A stretch of 64,000 bases of DNA from Takakia lepidozioides (lineage: Eukaryota; Plantae; Bryophyta), in NCBI GenBank assembly GCA_030704615.1, contig CM060732.1:71672001-71736000 (forward strand), written 5' to 3'. The notes below the pieces were generated by a model that saw only the letters and a program-made list of their open reading frames with translations, was not told the origin of the DNA and ran no database searches. The translations under genes were made by a program, and so were the position numbers. Position 1 is the stretch's first letter. Every line of letters starts with the position of its first letter. Below, one piece after another: positions 24,631 through 36,180 of the stretch.

Positions 24631-27600
24631 TCAAGCAGTCCGACCAGTATCCTGCCGTAGGGCCTTGTGCAGCTCGTTGAAACTCAGTGTTGGAGCATGG
24701 ATGAAGACGTCCACTGCGGATATGCAACTCATGCGCTTCATAAAAATGTAATAAAGGTGTTTGCAGGGGACGTATGCTGCATTCCTCGATTCCATAACAA
24801 GGAAGTCCTCACAGTTGCAAGCTGGGTACTGTGAAACCGTGATTGCATACACGACACTGCGCGCAGCAGACCCGGCTGTTGACAACTGAAATATGCGCCC
24901 CATCCCGGGGTGAGGAACATCCCTGCAACCTTGCACTATGCAGGGCATTGCAAGAGCGTTGGCCATCCTGGTGTCGTTCGCCTTTGTTGGTGGCCGCCGT
25001 CTTTTCAGTTTACCCCACCGATGGGTGGGCCAAGCTGCGGGGTCACCCACCGGTATGCGGGGCGAAGAGCTTCTCGTGGGAGGAGGATGACGATTGGGAA
25101 TTGGATTTCGTGGAACGTCTGTCCTCTCCACCAGTCGAAACCCTGCACTTCCTAGAGCGTCTGCCTCCTCCAGGGTAAGATCTGTACCACTTGCCACAGG
25201 CCAGACTGCCGGTGGTTCAGGCATGCCTTGTACACCATACTTGGGCTTGCCGAACACACACGACATGATGTCGTGCCTGCAGAACCAAAACTCCTTCAGT
25301 GTGGCCTCCACAAACTTTGCGCACACAAATCTCCCTGTGAAGCAAGGGGCAGGCACACCGCCCTGCGGGCTCCTCCGAATCATCTCATTGCATCTCTGGT
25401 TGGTGTCGACACGAACAGCACAACATTTGCCACGAAATGTCGGACGGGTCCGTGCAATTCTCCACTGCGAGGCCGACACATCTCGCTCCACGATTGGAAT
25501 GTTGTATTGGGTAACGAAAACAGGAGCAGCATGCCCATCCTCGGCATGTTGTCCCGAGTCTGGCAGCGATTCCATGGATGCTGCAGGAGAGGGGGTACGA
25601 GTCCTGCTTCGTGGAGGCGTGGGACGCAACATCGTTGCGCCCCGAGGTTGAGTGCGGATGTTCATATCTGATCTCCATGAATCCCCATCCCCTCCGGGCA
25701 TGTCCTCAATTCTTCTCTTCACCGGCCGGCTGCGGACATCGCCCTCCAGGCAGTTCCCCCGACTGTGTAACGGCGTTGACCTTATAGTTTCCCGCAATGC
25801 AGCAGTCCATTTTTTGGGATCGGTCGAACGATGCGCCGCCCTCATCAGCATCTCCTGCCTGTCTGGTCCGATACCCCATTGCTTTCCTCCCAGAAACTGG
25901 TAGTAATGAGATTGTTGCATGATGGCCCTCACAATATCTTCTGTTGTTGCTGTCAACATGTCAACGAGATGTGCTGCAGAGGAAGCACGCCAGGAAGAGT
26001 GCACCGATTCGGCCATGTTCGTCGTCGGCATATCCGTGTCATCCTCCAAGCTCATGTCCTGTTGAAGGAAATTAGATATGTCACTGATTGTGGAGAATGT
26101 CCAAGCACAAAACAGAACAATTGTCAAGTACAGAAATGTGTTACCTGTCTCATGTAGTCTCCAAACTGGCGGAATCTATAATGCCACCACGCAAGCCACG
26201 TTTGCAGTTCTGGCTGATCTTTCACATCCACTGCCCCTGAAGACACCCACCAGGCGCGTATGGTTGCAAACTCGGTCTCCGCCTCGTCGATGGAATTCGC
26301 ATTTTTCCACGCTAGGCACATACTGATATGATCCTGCCGGTGGCGTGACGCCACGAACCTTTTCGTGTTTTGCGTCAAACTCTGCATGAAGTGGAACCCG
26401 CAAGATCTCTCCTTTCCTTCCATTGGAGTCTTTGGGTCGTCCCCATATACCCTCCTAACTGCAGCCCAGTTTGCCTGGGCATTGTCAGCCATGAAGCCCC
26501 TAAAATCGGGAGGGGGCAACTTGGCTCTCGCCATTTGCTCATTAATGCCGCGCCACATATGCAACTCCGAATCTGTGTCTTCTCCCTTCATTTCGCAGAT
26601 AGCAATGGTCATCAACTTTCTGCAATGTGGGTCGTATACATGTGCCCCCATTGTCACCCAATCGTGGTTGGTAATTCGCCGGATGTGGTCAAACATGACC
26701 CAACAATTTGAGAGGTCTCCACTGGTCATCCGCTTCACCAAATCGACGCCGCTCCCCGGTCCGCACGTTGACATCTTAAATATGAAGCACCTGTCCATCT
26801 CCGAGCCTTGACCAGGAAAGAAGCTGCCTTGGATGAAGTCGTAGCCGCATGTGCGTTTCACTTCCAAGATGGAGTGCATGTCTGATCCTCTTCCGATTCG
26901 TTTCTTGCAGCTGACAATGTGGTTCCTGACATTGGGGCTGCACACATGGGAGACAGCTTCCAGCAGGTCCTTCATGTCCCCCTCGCCCAGCTTCTCTCTT
27001 GTGCTTCCGTCCTCCGACATTATTCTGCCAATTGCAATCCTATGTGCCGATGCGAGCTGTATCTGCTTTGGTTTTGCACCCGGCCTCAACCTCACCTCCT
27101 CCTTGATAATATCCTGGGCTTGTTGAAAAGCGACTCTGCAATTGCCTCTGGCGAGGGGGTGCTCATGCTTTCCGATGTGAATGCATGCTCTGGTGCACGC
27201 TGGGCCGACGGTCCCGACGTAGTACTGCTTGGCGTTGCACACTGCCATGCACGTAGGGGCTGCGTTGCAATGGGCACACTTGAACGTCCCTGCAGGAACT
27301 CTACCTTGAGGCCAAAATGGGGTCGACGAATTGCCAATCCAGTCAGTCTCATTCCTGGTGCCTTTGCTAGTGTAATGGTAACATGTGCTCGAGAAACATT
27401 TAAGATGCCCAGCACACAATACATATCTCACTCGAACTCCATCACCCAGGTTGGACGATGAAGTTTTGGTGACACACCAAGGGTGGCCGTCATGTTTCCT
27501 GTTCATTCCTGCGAGCATGCCGTCTGGGCCTGCGCCTGCCGGCACTGGAGGGAACTCGTAGATAGCATTCCCATCCACAACATCAGGCAAAGTTTCCACA

Positions 27601-28229
27601 GAATGGATTGGAGTTTTGTCGTAATCAAGCCTAAGAAGGTCACTGGAGCGGGAACCCGTTGTCTTCATCCTCCGCAATATGTCGATTACTGAGCGGACGG
27701 AAGTTGAGTCGGACGGTGTATGCTGAACACTCCTAGTGACGGACGACTTCGAAACATACGATGGAAGGACCATACAGTCTTCATCGTCACTGGATAAGTC
27801 CTGGACGACTGTTTCCCTGTTTTCCTGGATTTCCCTTTTCACATGTTTGGGCTTCTCTGCTTGTGAAGAGGTGCCCACATCCTTCACATCTTGCACCCCA
27901 GACCCTCTTGTGGAAGGAGGATCAACCAAGTTCCAGCGTGGGAACTCTTTAGGCACGATTTCACCAATGGCACTGTACCGGATGGATTCAGAAGCTGGGA
28001 GCCGCCACTCTTTGCCTTTTCCGAAATCTGCATGCAGAATGACGGCACTTTCCAGAAAATTTCCATAAGCATCCTTCGTCTCCTCTTCCAAAAACACCGT
28101 TCCAGGGCGGAGCCCGAACTTCACACACAAGTACTGCTCAGTGACAATCGCAAATCCTTGGTCGCAGGGTATTTTAGCTTTCAGAGAATCAGGATGGAAG
28201 TACACGTTGACCCAAACACGGGAGTCCAT
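24631..28229 (-). CDS. MULE-type DDE transposase with GCM/WRKY-like N-terminal Zn domain and C-terminal SWIM; 2 exons, ~1170 aa
   Basis: Exons 28229-26145 and 26058-24631 joined by an 86-nt GT-AG phase-0 intron. Motifs: VMFD, FMADNAQAN, CGFH, TTNMAESVH (D,D,E plus CxxH); SWIM CNC...CKH. The start was chosen by homology to element B. Confidence 0.9.
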
Positions 28230-28414
28230 TTTGAAGACGGGACCTCTCGGTACGCTCCGCAGCGAAGTCCTGCAATGAGAAGAGTGTGTCCTACCTAATA
28301 ACACAAATGATTTTCTGGAGGATTCCGTATCCAACATGATGGGTGATCAGTGCACGTAAAGATGAAGGTGTGTAACGTACGTTAAAAAAACGGACGAAAA
28401 CAGCAAGTTCACAT

Positions 28415-30235
28415 CGGATATTTGGTGCCTGAATTGTAATGTACAACCACTTGGGGTACAATAAATCAGGCCTTCCCATGAATTTCGGCACCGAAATCTG
28501 GATGAACATCTCTGTCATGTAACAGCTTTGGAAGCCAAGGGATGAATTCTGGCAACAGAAATCGTAATTTGTTTACCTCATAAAACTGACCAAGCACCCA
28601 ACGGATGGATTTCGGTGCCGAAATTCGGATGAACTTCTTCTTCATTAAATTGTATCTGCACATATGGGTTGAATTTAGATGCCAAAATACGGATAAATGT
28701 GTTCCTGATTACAGTCGTGATTGACCACGTGTCCGGATATCGGTGCCGACTTCCGAATGACAGTAATCCTGATTCGGCAGAATGGATGTATTTCGGCGCC
28801 GAAATTCATTCTTCATCTCCTTTTCCGACCCTAATTCTGCTGCCCTGCGTATGGATTTCGGTGCCAGAATTCATCGGAAGTCCTTTCTGTTTTTATTTTT
28901 CTTTGCGACAGATGAACTTTGGCGCCGAATCTCATCCAAGTACTCCCTTTTAATTTCCCTTTTTCTTCGAGAGCAATGAATTTCGGCGCCGAAATTCAAC
29001 CAAAATTCTCCCGATTTTTTTTTTTCCTTCGCGAGCATTGAATTTCGGCGCCGAAATTCATTCCAAGTCCAGGAGATATTTTTTATTTTCCTTCGCGAGC
29101 AATGAATTTCGGCGCCGAAATTCATCCAATGCCTTCCCTCCAATATTTATTTTTCTTTGAAATGGATCAATTTCGGCGCCGAAATTCATCCTTACTGTCC
29201 GCAATGAGTAACTCTAATATTACATTTTCTATGCGACGGATGAATTTCGGCGCCGAAATTCGTCCAAACCCGGCACTTACTTTTTGGTTTTGGATGATAA
29301 TTTTCCGTAAATCGTTGGAAATACCCCGTTCCGACGAATATAACAGGAATATTCTGCATTTAATGGAGAAATCGGCATATTAAACCACTTCTGTCAAAAT
29401 TAATTGCATTTTAGCCGTTTTTTTTCATTTGAAACCGACAGTATCCATGAAGTGGTCTTTTTCGCACGGGACGTTGCCGCACATAAAGTATAATTTCGGC
29501 GCCGAAATTATAGTTAAATGTCCAGAAATGGCAAGTCCAACAGTCATGGACAGCATCCGTCAGGGGCAATAATGGCGGCAAAGCATAGCATCGTGCCGAT
29601 TTAGTCTTCGCTCTGGATGAATTTCGGCGCCGAAATATGGATGATTTCACCTCGTCTACGCGCGGACGGACATATTCGTAATGAATTGCGGCGCCGAAAT
29701 ATGGATGGAATGTGCCGAAGTGCAGCCGTTTCCGTTGTCCCGGAATTGATTCCGGCTCCGATATCCCACCGACAGGTTTGCTCATGACGAATGAGGACTT
29801 GCGAAGCGATGAATTTCGGCGCCGAAATATGGATGATTTCACCTCGTCTACGCGCGGACGGACATATTCGTAATGAATTTCGGCGCCGAAATATGGATGA
29901 AATGTGCCGAAGTGCAGCCGTTTCCGTTGTCCCGGAATTAATTCCGGCTCCGATATCCCACCGACAGGTTTGCTCATGACGAATGAGGACTTGGAAAGCG
30001 ATGAATTGCGGCGCCGAAATTTGTAAGTTTGTGTATGAAAGCACTTGAATAGGATGAATTTCGGCGCCGAAATTCATCCGTCCGCTGATGAAACGTACCG
30101 ACCTGACTGTTGAATGTCATATGCAGGGGATTTTCATGGCGGTTGGGTTTCATGATGTGCGGATATTTCATTCAATGCCGGCTGCTCCGGGAACCGCATC
30201 CGGTGAACGGAACGTATTTCGGTGCCGCAATTCGG
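28415..30235. repeat. Intergenic array of ATTTCGGCGCCGAAAT palindromes with ~63-64-bp period
   Basis: About 24 copies (11 perfect by my count), extending to a 28-bp perfect palindrome at 30052-30079; includes a 192-bp tandem duplication 29617-29808/29809-30000. Confidence 0.92.
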
Positions 30236-30741
30236 ATAAACCGTCATACACTGGTGGCTGGAACTGGCACGCGTCGTGTTCCAGTCGACTTCATCCGTGC
30301 GAACGTGTCAGGGGTCACAATCTCTTCATCACCCATACGGCAGAAAGTGGTGGACGGTGGCAACGCTTCGGGAGACGTGGCTGCTTACGCATCTGCTCGT
30401 GCATAGTGGTTGCATGTTCCACCGCTTCGCTCTCTCGCTCCTTGCCCTTCTGCAGTGACGTTCTCCTGCGTTTCCTCTCCTTATGCGGCATAGTGGTAGC
30501 ATAGAGTTTGTGGAAGGTCAGGCGACTCCGGCAAAGAGGAGGACGCGGGATTTTGGGAAGCCGCCGACGACACGACTTAAGCTCCGTCTCATGCATGAAA
30601 TGCAGACGTCGTTATCCGGAGACTCGGATCGCCCACCAGTGAGAGATTCGTGCTTCGCGGATGTGAAGCACTCCATACGCAATATTCCTTTGACACCTTT
30701 GTTTTGGCGTGCAGTGTCTCATGTTTTCCTGTTTGTTTGAC

Positions 30742-33700
30742 ATGGGAGCTGGGGAGGGATCGCAGGGGGGCGAGGCAACACAGTCAACTTTGGATACTCC
30801 TGCCCGGGTGCTGCGCTCACAAGGTGGAAGTGCATCGAGGCAGACGAGTCCTCATTCAACACCTCAGATATCGCCTCCGAAAAGCCCACCTAGAGTTCGG
30901 AAGCCGAGAAAGCAGAAGGAGCCCATGGCTTCGCCAGTAAAACCCCTAGGGAGACTGGAAGCGGAGGTATTGGGTTTGCAGTCAATTTCAGAAAACACAG
31001 ATGCGGTGGAGGCCGCTGGAGATGTGGGAGTCGGATCTGCAGAAGGGCGGCCCATTCAACTGACAGAAGGAGAGGACGATAACGTGGTACGACTTGGCGA
31101 CGATCAGAACCTGCTGGATCTTGCGGAGGAGCAAAACCTCCAGGACAGTACACAGGCTGGTGAGAGGGGTGAGGGAAGTGACAGAGGTGATACAAGTAAG
31201 AAACTGGTGGCGGGTATGCTCATGAGCGCACGAGACATGAACATAGCAGCAAACAGGTTGCTGGCAGAGACTCATAGCAACATAGGCCGCGTTTTGGGCT
31301 CCATGGTGTATCCCGAGAACCTTAAAGTTCCTTTGTGTCGCATGGTAAGCCTTCCAGTTGTAAGGCAAGCACTGCCAGGGGATATCGATCGACTGAAGCA
31401 CAACTTCAGAGAAGGGTACAGACGGGGGTCGGCAGCATTCTACGTTTCCATTGAGAATGACCAGGGTGTCACAAGGGGCCCCACTGCAGAGGAGCTTCAG
31501 AATTGGGGCCCCCACTGGCACACTGTTAATGCCGAGTTTGAAGCCTATCTGAAGACTAATCCCACATTCGCACACATGGAAGGGAAGATGTTCTTCGTTT
31601 GGGACGGGAACCACAGGATGCTTGCCTGGACAGAGTACATTGCTGAAATGCATCCGCAAGATATCAGTTGGCATTACATGGTGGACTGCATTGTCGTGAA
31701 GGTGGACGTCAGGGACAGAGGACTGTTGAAGGGTGCCATGGCGGATATAAATCTGTAAGTATACAATTACATCCTTGTGTACTGCCTATTGCGGCGCCGA
31801 AATAGGCAATGTTCACCACTGTCATGCACTCTATGAATTGGAAATTGGATTGCTGTGCCGAAATCATATTTTCATGTTGTTTTTTTTCTCCATGGCAGGG
31901 TAACAGAGAGGGCCTTCGTGGAAACTCATCTGGCACATACGCTCTACAGAGTGCAAGAAGTGGGGACAGCTCCGCTGACGGACTTCCAAAAGTCCCTCGA
32001 TCCCGAGCTGTACAGGAAGTCCCTAGCGAAAGCAGATCGCACCTGGTACCGACCAACACTGGACGCCATGGTGGAGATCCTCTATTCGGTGAGGTTCATC
32101 TCAAATTTCAGTATCAATTTAATGTTATTTGTTGCAGGGATCCGTGGCCTGACTGTATCTGCTGGGTATGGGAATGCAGACGAACATCAGGGATGACTTG
32201 GCCTATGCCAAAAGGCAGTTCTTTGAGAATGATGCCCCCAACAAGGCGGACGCGTCGATAGAGAGTCATATTGTGCAGGCAGGGAAGCAATCCCGGACCA
32301 AGTACAGGTCCAAACTTGTTAAGCAAGTTGCAATCGCTGACCCTGGTCTTGGTGCCGAGTTCCTGGCGGAGATAGGACTGCATTACTCCAGACCCATGAA
32401 ACCGGAAATGTCCATGGAGAAACTTCATCACATCGCAGTGTCCTGTGTTGAGCCGGCGGAGAAGGTAAGCATGTGTTTATTCTTGTTTTGTGACTTCTCG
32501 CGATTCTTATGTTGGAGCTCTTGTCTGACCGATGTGAGGTGGCTGCAGACGAGGTGGCTGCGAATCTGGAACGGCCATACAAACACGAAGCTGCTGTACC
32601 ACTTTCCCATCGAGCCAACAGACGACAAAATGAACGACTGGCTCAATGTCATGACTTGGTGGCATCAGGTATAATTTTCTCCTATTCTGTGTTGGACATC
32701 GTCGCAATTTCAAAATCATGAATGTTTTGGAAACCTGCCATGATGCAGGTACTGACCCACGCCCAGGAGCAATTGGACTGCAACACCACCACTTTCAAGT
32801 TACAGATCGACTGGACGAAGCCTGAGACAATGGAGAACTACGTGCAGTCGTGGCGAGGGCGCTTCGCAAACCTCTTTTTCAGAGAAATTGCAAAGGCAAG
32901 ACGCAGCGTATACATCGAAGAGCAGGAGGGTGCCGACAAAGCGGCAATGCGTGTCCTGTTCAGGTAATCTGCTGACAATGCATCCCCCTATTTGCAGTTT
33001 AGATGATTTGGTTAAGCAGCGATGGATATTGCGGCGCCGAAATATACCTCTGCAAGATGTGAGTTCTGGGTAATTGGGGCACGGTCCACTCCGTATTTCG
33101 GTGCCGAAATACCTTGTGCATTGACAACTTCCACTTGCATGATGCATCGGTAGAATGATTTTTGTTGAACTGCCTCGTGATTGCAGGTACATAAACTTTG
33201 CACTCATTCCGTCCGGAGCCATTCAAAGGGTTCCACCATTCTTCCTGGCGTGGAGGACACCTGGAGGTCGTGGAACGATGTACACAGAAGTAATGGCGAA
33301 GGAGTGGCATGCCGAGCATTTGGTAAACTGCCCCTGGTATGTGGATCTCCCAAGTGGGACCGTTGACCTCTCGGAGGTTAACTTGAAGAAGGAAGCGAAT
33401 GCCAGGGCTATGAAGGCGCAATCGGATCCCCAACCAGAGGACGCGGAAAGACTGAAAGCAGAGGAGGCAGCCAAGCAGAAAGCACTGAGAAAGTCAGCCA
33501 AGGCGGCAGCGTTGGCGAAGGAGCAGATGGAGAAGCAGGCAGCTGAGCAGCCCAAGGACAGGAAGAAAAGAACGCGCAAACAGGGGCAAGAGACGAAGAC
33601 CCCCACACCCAAGAAGAAGAAGCAGCAACACAGTCAGCCAGATGAGGAGGATTCGGACGACGATTTCCAGCAGGAAAACACCCAGGGGGCCACACCTCGT

Positions 33701-35650
33701 CCGAAAATTCACAAGGGCCAGCGCTCCGGGGGGTCGGCTGCGAAGAGATCACTATACGAGGATGCACCTGGCAGACCCTACCGTGCGGTGCAGATTGCGG
33801 GCAGGGAAGTCCTCAAAACACCCACAATTGTGGAGTGTGTTAATGAAAATTTCCTAACTGCTCTGACCAGAAGGCTGGAGATAACGAGTTTGAGGAAGGC
33901 GATCGAGGCCCACCAGGGGAAGGGGAAGAGGAAGGCCACTGGCAATGATATGGAGGACACTCCTGGCTACACAAAGATGATGGAGTATTTTGTGGCGATG
34001 AGCCACGGCAAAAAGAGCACAGTCGGGGGCAGGGCGGTGAAAGCCTCCATCGACATGATCCTTGTGGATATCCCGGATGGGCAGGAGATACTGGGGCTGG
34101 GCTCAGTTCCCTGGTGGAACAAGTACGACGAACGATACTGGAGCCACACATTCGGGTTCGCAGCCAACATGTTGGACGACGTTGGCTGTGTTGTTGTGCT
34201 AGCAGCCGATGGAGAAGTCACTGAGAATGATATCAAAGTATGGACGGGGAGAAGTGCAGCACCCATCCTGAAAAAGATCTGGACTTGCATCAACACGCAG
34301 GGTCTTCTCAACGATGGCCAGAAGGTATGCTGTGGTTCTCCTCTGCTATGTCAATTTCTGGGCCAAAATTGCCCCTGTACATGTAGGCCACCTCTGACGT
34401 TTTCATTTCCTTCTCTGCAGACTCTTATCTTTCAGGCATTTTGCTTCGTGAAGGAACATTCGAAATTCAAATTACGTGAAGCAGGAAGACTTGTTGATTC
34501 CACAGTTGATCCACTGGAGTATAACGTCCTGTTCAACCATGTGGGAGAGAAGGACATTCTTTGTGATTTGTCGGGCAAGCCATGGAGGTATGGCAGGACC
34601 AGGAGTCCTGCATTCATCCAGACGCTCATGGAAACGTGTACGGATGTTGAAGGCAGGGTCCTTGACGTCACTGCAAATACAGGTGAGAACGTTAATTGAA
34701 TGCGGCACCGAAATTGACACCATTTCCGTTTTGTATGTTTGCTTGTGCGAGGAAGCGACTCATTCTTGAGTTTGGCTGTGGTTGTCGTATGAATTCGCAG
34801 GTGCCTGTATGTGGGCGGGAAGGATGTCGAACCGATTTGTGTTCTCATTTGAGGGGGATACGGCCTTGTACGATTACAATTTGGCGGGCCTTCAGCGTCT
34901 GCCTCCGACTGAGGATCCCAAAAACGCAGAAGAGGACGTGGAAGGAGAGGAGGAAGATGAAGAGGAGGAAGTCCGGGAAATTCGTTCGATGCAGGGGCGC
35001 CCGAAGCCGCTTCCCCCAATGCCTGTCTTCGAGTGAGTTGCACCATAGTAAGTGTATTGGTTTCGGTTGTAGGGACCATGCAACCTGCCGATGATTCCCT
35101 GTTTGAATTCTCTAATGTACTTCATTCTATGTTTGTGCGTACACTCAGCCTTGCAGAGTCGTCCGACGAGGAGAAGCTGGGAGACTTGCTCGAATCGGAC
35201 CCTGTTGCAGAGGAGGAGACAGAATCGCATCGGCCATTCTTTGCCAGAAAATCGTTTCTCGCGAGTCCCCAGAAGCCCTTTTTTCTACCAGCCTATGCAG
35301 ACACGGCTGCCAAAGAAGCCATCAGGAGGGAGGATAGGCCTACTCGGTTAGAGCAATTGACATACGGGAATGAGCAGAGAATTATAATGAGGCGTGAGGC
35401 CAAACATAGAATTGTGAAAGGCAGAGTAGGGAAGTTCGTAATAGAATCCGCGTCCGAGAGCGAGGGGAATGTCGAGGACACTTCCGCACCCAGGTGGACA
35501 GTTCCGGCTGGTGAGGATGGTATTTTTGAGGGGAGGGCTTCTCAGAGTAACAGCGGTAGCGGCAGTGCAGGTTCGGAGGCAGGTGGAAGGCAGCCATCCT
35601 TGCATGAGGGCGGGGATGCATCGGACAGTGATAGCGGATCCTCACCATAG
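30742..35650 (+). CDS. ParB/Srx-like domain plus beta-class N6A/N4C DNA methyltransferase-like fusion; 9 exons, ~1318 aa
   Basis: Exons 30742-31754, 31899-32088, 32180-32464, 32549-32668, 32749-32963, 33187-34324, 34421-34682, 34801-35032, 35149-35650; all GT-AG, phases consistent, 3957 nt open. Motifs FFVWDGNHRMLA; SIDMILVDIPDG; RSPAFIQTLMETCTDVEGRVLDVTANTGACMWAGRMSNRFVFSFEGD. The first exon start and last exon are less certain. Confidence 0.8.
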
Positions 35651-35889
35651 CAAAGTCTCATTTGGATCCTTTTGTTGTACAGTTCTGAAACACTTAATGA
35701 ATATATTGACGATTTGAAAAATCATTGTGTTCAGACTGCTTGTCCATTCCCTACATTTCTTCCGCCAACCAAAATCTATAATAAAAGCAGAAGAGACGCA
35801 AACTTCAGTGAAGAACCCTACAAGTAATTTATGCACACCATCGACCCGGGAACTTGAAGCCATGAAAACCCTGCCGTTTCTAACATTCC

Positions 35890-36180
35890 TATTGGGAAAT
35901 TTGGCGCCGAAATAGCCCAGTTTGCGCCTTCGTTATATGGGCCTCAAAAATTCCACGGATGAATTACTGCACCAAAATATTGCGATGGAAGCCTTCAGCA
36001 CAAGGCACTTCACCACATTCCACTTGGGTATTTCGGCGCCGAAATTGCCCGTTCTGCGCCATTAAATACCGCACTATATCACATTTTAAGAGGTAATTTC
36101 GGTGCCGAAATACCCCGGTGGATGTCTTCAAAACACCATTTTAGCACACTGCTCTTGGGAATAACGGCGCCGAAATTCCT
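35890..36180. repeat. Right subterminal palindrome array of element A
   Basis: Five copies of the GGCGCCGAAAT motif or variants about 65-68 bp apart. Confidence 0.85.

Noticed and set aside
28415-30235. CRISPR array (palindromic ~24-bp repeats with ~40-bp spacers)
   Set aside because: Spacers are related to each other (e.g. TTTTCCTTCGCGAGCA recurs) or exactly duplicated, the repeats are degenerate, copies occur in introns, there are no cas genes, and the context is eukaryotic
30742-35650. Bacterial or phage contamination explaining the ParB/MTase motifs
   Set aside because: The gene has eight phase-consistent GT-AG introns and lies in a TSD-bounded element inside a plant retrotransposon ORF
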